Origin: a virus
Strand: one strand, 5' to 3'
Length of the DNA: 64,000 nt
Virus record (IMG/VR): IMGVR_UViG_3300017440_000001
Coordinates: 1-64,000 of that record
A program made the position numbers and the translations under genes. This document shows, piece by piece, positions 60,300 to 64,000 of this stretch. The notes beneath the pieces are model-generated. The model was not told where the DNA came from. It saw nothing but the letters and a program-made list of their open reading frames with translations, and ran no database searches. Every line of letters begins with the position of its first letter. Positions within the stretch are counted from its first letter, which is position 1.

Positions 60300-60481
60300 G
60301 CCCGCGTCGCCACTTCCTTGGCCCGTGCAATCATATTCAGCGCCTCTTCGTCAAAATAGAGATCGTCTTCCATGTTCTCGATCCATTCGACAAGATCGCA
60401 GACGACTTGTTCGGCCTCTTCGCAACGGTCTTCCCAATAATGGCGGTCAACCTTGAAATCAAAGTCATCGCTATCGAGCAT
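60296..60481 (-). CDS. hypothetical acidic protein
   Basis: ATGA coupling. Confidence 0.5.
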   Translation of the reverse strand: MLDSDDFDFKVDRHYWEDRCEEAEQVVCDLVEWIENMEDDLYFDEEALNMIARAKEVATRA

Positions 60482-60831
60482 CAGAATGTTCCCTTCAAGA
60501 CGCCTGTCCGTTCATAAAAGCAGTCGCGGACCTTGCGTGTGTCCATAGCAATACCCTGAATAACGCCTTCCTGCAAGCACGAAGTCAAAGGCTCGCTGAT
60601 ATCTTGGCCTGCGTTATCCAAAGTGTTTGCAACGGACTGAAACTCAGTGAGCGCCTGAACCTGCCCATCGAGGCATTCTTCGAAGGCGTCTCCCTTAGCG
60701 CCCGTGGACGCATAGCAGAAATTCGCTGATAGACGAATGATGGTCTTGATCTCTTCTGGCAGATCAGAGGGCGTCGGATCGACCACGGGCTGAGATGCGA
60801 TGATAGATAGTGCAAGGAAGGCCGTGATCAT
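60481..60831 (-). CDS. secreted Cys-containing protein
   Basis: N-terminal MITAFLALSIIASQP is signal-like. Confidence 0.5.
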   Translation of the reverse strand: MITAFLALSIIASQPVVDPTPSDLPEEIKTIIRLSANFCYASTGAKGDAFEECLDGQVQALTEFQSVANTLDNAGQDISEPLTSCLQEGVIQGIAMDTRKVRDCFYERTGVLKGTF

Positions 60832-61073
60832 GCGTCGATCTCCTCAAGCTCGGTCGCGAGGTAGGTCCAGGAAAGGTTGTCTTCGTCAGCATCAATATCT
60901 GCATCGAAACGGATCTCATAGATTGCGGGATGGTCTTCATCCGCTTCGACGAAAGAAGCGACATAGCCCGTGTCGCCGGCCTTCGGGAACCAATCGAGGT
61001 TATGGATATCCGCTTCGGTCGGCTCGAAGAAATCGACCAGAGCCTTGACACGGGAATTGATAGTGATGGTCAT
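60828..61073 (-). CDS. hypothetical acidic protein
   Basis: ATGA coupling. Confidence 0.5.
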   Translation of the reverse strand: MTITINSRVKALVDFFEPTEADIHNLDWFPKAGDTGYVASFVEADEDHPAIYEIRFDADIDADEDNLSWTYLATELEEIDA

Positions 61074-61519
61074 TTGGCATTCTCCTCTAGGATCGATGCA
61101 AGTTCTAGAAAAACATTAGATGCTTCGCGCAAATCGTCTGCGGTAAAGATCATGTTGATTTGAATTCCAATTTCTGACGCGCCGCAAGGCATATCTGTTT
61201 CATGATGCTTTGACAAGAGGATTGCATCAACTCCTCCGATCTTCACAACGGTTTCAACAATCTCCCGCCGCGCCGGAATCACTTGTTCAGGAATAAACTT
61301 CACGAATGAGGGTTGCGGGGTTTCTGTTACGAGTTTAAGTTCATCCTCGGTGAACCATACCACAAACCCGTCATCATCAAGGCGTACAATAATAAATCTA
61401 CTTTCATAATCGTTTTCAATAATTTTCCCTGTTCGAGCGTTGAAGCGATCAGGAATTCCTCCTGCTTTATAACTTTCCACAACCACTTTGCGTCCGACTG
61501 CGAAATCAACCATTTTCAT
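61070..61519 (-). CDS. hypothetical protein
   Basis: RBS TAGGAGATGAAA then ATG. First gene after the minus promoter. Confidence 0.55.
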   Translation of the reverse strand: MKMVDFAVGRKVVVESYKAGGIPDRFNARTGKIIENDYESRFIIVRLDDDGFVVWFTEDELKLVTETPQPSFVKFIPEQVIPARREIVETVVKIGGVDAILLSKHHETDMPCGASEIGIQINMIFTADDLREASNVFLELASILEENAK

Positions 61520-61542
61520 CTCCTATCATGTTGCGATACCCG

Positions 61543-61571
61543 AACATAGATCGTGATTTACGGGTTGTCAA
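61543..61571 (-). promoter_or_regulatory. sigma70-like promoter TTGACA-N17-TATGTT (minus strand)
   Basis: The -35 (61566-61571) contains the SNF2 stop codon (61568-61570). Confidence 0.55.
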
Positions 61572-63220
61572 GTGGCTTCTAGCATGAGGCGGATATCGTC
61601 CAATGCTAGACGAGACAAGTCTTTCTTGCCCTGCAAGTTGCGAAGGATTTTGCGGTCGAGCGTGCCCTTGCCGATCAAATCCGTGTAGAAGGCGACGCCT
61701 GAGCCGCCGACGCGCGAGGTCCGATCTTCTGCCTGCTGGTGAAGGATCATGTTATAAGACAAGCTGTAGCGGATGGCACGATTGCAAACGTCTTGGATGC
61801 CGTCCATGCCCGTTCCTGCGGCGTCGGGCGTTCCGACCGTATAGAGAACTTTCGGATCACTGAGAAAGCGGTCCTTGTTCTTGATGCGCTCCTCAGACGA
61901 GACGTTGCCCGATAGATCCACGGCCTTCTTGCCAAGCGCCTTCAAGACCAGTTCGGCGTCCTTCTTGAACCGAACCCAAATGACGATCTTCTCATCATCA
62001 GGCATCGTTTCCAGCCAGCCTTGAAGGGCATCTAGACGCGCGTTCGGCAATTCTTGGAACGTCCCGTCGCCGCGAGGCAAGAAGCCATTGCTGATGGCTT
62101 GCATAGTCGCCATAGCCGATATGGCGTTGGCTGAGGTCTTGAACTCGCCATTGTCGAGTTGCGCGATAAATGTTTCCTTGACTTGCTTGTAAGCAGCCTT
62201 TTGCTCAGGGTGCATATCGAAAACGAATTCGTCTTCGAATTTCTTTAGTCCAAGCTCTTCCTGGCTGACACGATAGACGAATGGATCGATCTTGCGATAG
62301 AACTCGTCAACGTTCTGATGACCAATAACCTCATTCGCAAAGCCATTGAACTTCTTCACGCAGTACCGCGACATGAACGAAGTCTTGTACTTGACACCGA
62401 TAATTCGTTCATCGAGCAACGCAAGCTGTGACCAGAAATCAATAAGGTCTTTGGCGACGGGCGTTCCTGTGAGAAGCGCCTTATAGTCGCATTGATCCAT
62501 GAGCTTTCGCATCGCCTTCCAACGCTGAGAAGACTTGTTCTTACTCAGGTGGCTTTCATCTTGAGCGCAAAGCACACGACCCTTGTGGCGCTTGATAAAG
62601 TCGTTGCAAAGCTTCTCGCCGGCTGGCGTCTTGACAGCATCGATGTTGAAGACGATGACTTGCAACCCATCGAAAGCTTTCAGAGCTTCGTACTCAGCAA
62701 GGCCCGCCTTCGTCTTGTTCCAGCCCCAAGCCTTATAAGGCACGTCGTCCTGAACGTCACGAGCAAGCTGCGCTTCGACCCACTGCTGCGTCACGAGACC
62801 GTTGGGCGTTACGACAATCAACCCATCGATATGGTTGCGCGTCCAGTGATAGACGGTCAGCGACGTAAGGCTTGAAGATTTTCCGCAGCCAGGAGAGTAA
62901 ATGAGGCCAAAAACACGATTGTCTTTCAGCTTTTCGAATGCCTTGGCCTGATGGTCAAGCGGCGGGCGCTTAAACACAAAAGACGGCCTTCCGACCGTCT
63001 CTGTTGCCTCTTCGAAGACCGTGAGGTCTTGGCGCGTGTCATCGATCTCAATTTCAGGGAATGCGGATCGAAAGGCATCGATGTTGGACTGCGTGCTTTC
63101 GAACTGAAAGCCACCGCCCGCCAGGAATTTCTTACGACCTTCAAGGCGGGAACTAAAGCCCACGATGTTCTTGAGAGGTGCATCTTTGAGGACGGCGCGA
63201 GTGTCGTCAATGGTTAGCAT
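61568..63220 (-). CDS. SNF2-family (SF2) helicase/ATPase
   Basis: Walker A SPGCGKS, DESH box AQDESHLSKN, LLTGTP, motif VI QAEDRTSRVG. Confidence 0.8.
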   Translation of the reverse strand: MLTIDDTRAVLKDAPLKNIVGFSSRLEGRKKFLAGGGFQFESTQSNIDAFRSAFPEIEIDDTRQDLTVFEEATETVGRPSFVFKRPPLDHQAKAFEKLKDNRVFGLIYSPGCGKSSSLTSLTVYHWTRNHIDGLIVVTPNGLVTQQWVEAQLARDVQDDVPYKAWGWNKTKAGLAEYEALKAFDGLQVIVFNIDAVKTPAGEKLCNDFIKRHKGRVLCAQDESHLSKNKSSQRWKAMRKLMDQCDYKALLTGTPVAKDLIDFWSQLALLDERIIGVKYKTSFMSRYCVKKFNGFANEVIGHQNVDEFYRKIDPFVYRVSQEELGLKKFEDEFVFDMHPEQKAAYKQVKETFIAQLDNGEFKTSANAISAMATMQAISNGFLPRGDGTFQELPNARLDALQGWLETMPDDEKIVIWVRFKKDAELVLKALGKKAVDLSGNVSSEERIKNKDRFLSDPKVLYTVGTPDAAGTGMDGIQDVCNRAIRYSLSYNMILHQQAEDRTSRVGGSGVAFYTDLIGKGTLDRKILRNLQGKKDLSRLALDDIRLMLEAT

Positions 63221-63318
63221 TCATCATTCCTGTCTCCAAAAACGCCGAAACGCCCGTAAGTAAATCCCGATCCAAAGAGAAGGACGGCGAACCAAAAGAT
63301 TGAGAACGGGTCGGTCAC
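63214..63318 (-). CDS. 34-aa membrane peptide
   Basis: GTG start overlaps the upstream TGA. Translation VTDPFSIFWFAVLLFGSGFTYGRFGVFGDRNDEC. Its stop overlaps the SNF2 ATG. Confidence 0.35.
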   Translation of the reverse strand: MTDPFSIFWFAVLLFGSGFTYGRFGVFGDRNDEC

Positions 63319-63479
63319 CAAAAGTTTCCCATCCACAAAAGCCAAGAAAGCGAAACCGCATCCGCAAGCGCATATCCAGCGTTATAATGGCGAACCTGAC
63401 CATTCTTTCCAAGATGAATGCAAAGATTCAGCAGAATTGCTAGAGCAATAATCCATTGTGGCCAATCCCAATACGTCAT
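63315..63479 (-). CDS. 54-aa membrane peptide
   Basis: MTYWDWPQWIIALAILLNLCIHLG.... TGATG coupling. Confidence 0.4.
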   Translation of the reverse strand: MTYWDWPQWIIALAILLNLCIHLGKNGQVRHYNAGYALADAVSLSWLLWMGNFW

Positions 63480-63679
63480 CACTCACAATCCTTCAAAAAC
63501 TTGATCTTTAGCTCTGGCATCCGTCGTGTATCACCTTCGACGTAGCGGTAATAATCAACGACTTCAGCATCGATCGTAATGCCTTCGGCTGCCAAGACCT
63601 TGAACGCTTCATTCAGGTCAAGGATCATCTGGCGCGCTGTGGCGATGCGGCAGGCGTGCTCTTCGGCGTCTGTGGTCAT
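63479..63679 (-). CDS. hypothetical protein
   Basis: ATGA coupling at 63679. Confidence 0.5.
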   Translation of the reverse strand: MTTDAEEHACRIATARQMILDLNEAFKVLAAEGITIDAEVVDYYRYVEGDTRRMPELKIKFLKDCE

Positions 63680-63945
63680 ACTTCCGGCTTTCCCCATAGA
63701 GGCGCTACGCACCAATGCGTTGGCTTATCGAATCCTACGCCCTGCCATTGTCGCGGCTGGTCATCAATATCAATCCAAACTTCAAATTCTTCAAAAGAGC
63801 CGCTAGCGAACCAAACCCATTGACTATCGCCATAATAGCCGTTTGACTCATCTTCATACCATTTAGCGAAGATAACGCCTTCAAGATTTTCTGGAATCTC
63901 TTCGCTCAGCTTATGCCAGACGATAATTCCTGCGTCATTCACCAT
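63676..63945 (-). CDS. hypothetical Trp-rich protein (DUF551-like pattern)
   Basis: Contains IIVWHKLSEEIPE. Confidence 0.45.
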   Translation of the reverse strand: MVNDAGIIVWHKLSEEIPENLEGVIFAKWYEDESNGYYGDSQWVWFASGSFEEFEVWIDIDDQPRQWQGVGFDKPTHWCVAPLWGKPEV

Positions 63946-64000
63946 CCCTCAAACTCCTCTAGCTTCTTCCACGCACACGGCACGAACTCAGCGATCGTAT
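63939..64000 (-). CDS. partial CDS, 5' end beyond the window
   Basis: Frame is open to the window edge. Ends ...KKLEEFEGW-stop, overlapping the next ATG. Confidence 0.4.
   Translation of the reverse strand, partial: TIAEFVPCAWKKLEEFEGW

Noticed and set aside
1-64000. Searched by eye for CRISPR arrays, a reverse transcriptase/DGR, integrase, CI/Cro-type repressor, toxin-antitoxin pairs and additional tRNAs
   Set aside because: No regularly spaced direct repeats were seen. No YxDD reverse transcriptase motif, tyrosine or serine recombinase signature, or second GTTCRAnnC T-loop context was found. Absence by eye is not proof.

Overview
The window reads as most of a tightly packed tailed-phage genome. 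It looks siphovirus-like: a tape measure gene and a G/GT chaperone frameshift are present and no sheath gene is seen. All calls come from reading the sequence and the ORF track by eye; no searches were run.

Layout:
- 1-20.7 kb (+): RtcB RNA ligase, then a replication and nucleotide-metabolism module. It holds a DnaQ-like exonuclease, DnaE-type polymerase, ThyX-like protein, class II RNR, glutaredoxin, dCTP deaminase, T4 endonuclease V homolog, Toprim/SF3 primase-helicase, VRR-NUC nuclease and a NusG-like protein.
- 20.7-21.6 kb: a consensus promoter drives about 0.7 kb of ORF-poor, helix-rich sequence. It ends in a tRNA with an initiator-type acceptor/T arm and a non-canonical anticodon arm, followed by a terminator.
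- 21.8-57.4 kb: small and large terminase, portal, an unusually placed receptor-binding module, MuF-like protein, protease, scaffold, capsid, neck, tail and lysis genes. This stretch is interrupted by minus-strand blocks of small genes and by two free-standing homing endonucleases (GIY-YIG, HNH).
- 57.5-64 kb (-): a block that looks early, with an SNF2 helicase and a Lar-like protein.

Recurrent sequence-level features:
- About 15 sigma70-like promoters of the form cTTGACw-N17-TAnnnt. In seven of them the upstream gene's TGA stop lies inside the -35 hexamer.
- Promoter-proximal hairpin plus U-tract elements.
- Two AT-rich intergenic modules (19.5 kb and 40.7 kb) that are imperfect inverted copies of each other.

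No integrase, repressor, CRISPR array or reverse transcriptase was seen.
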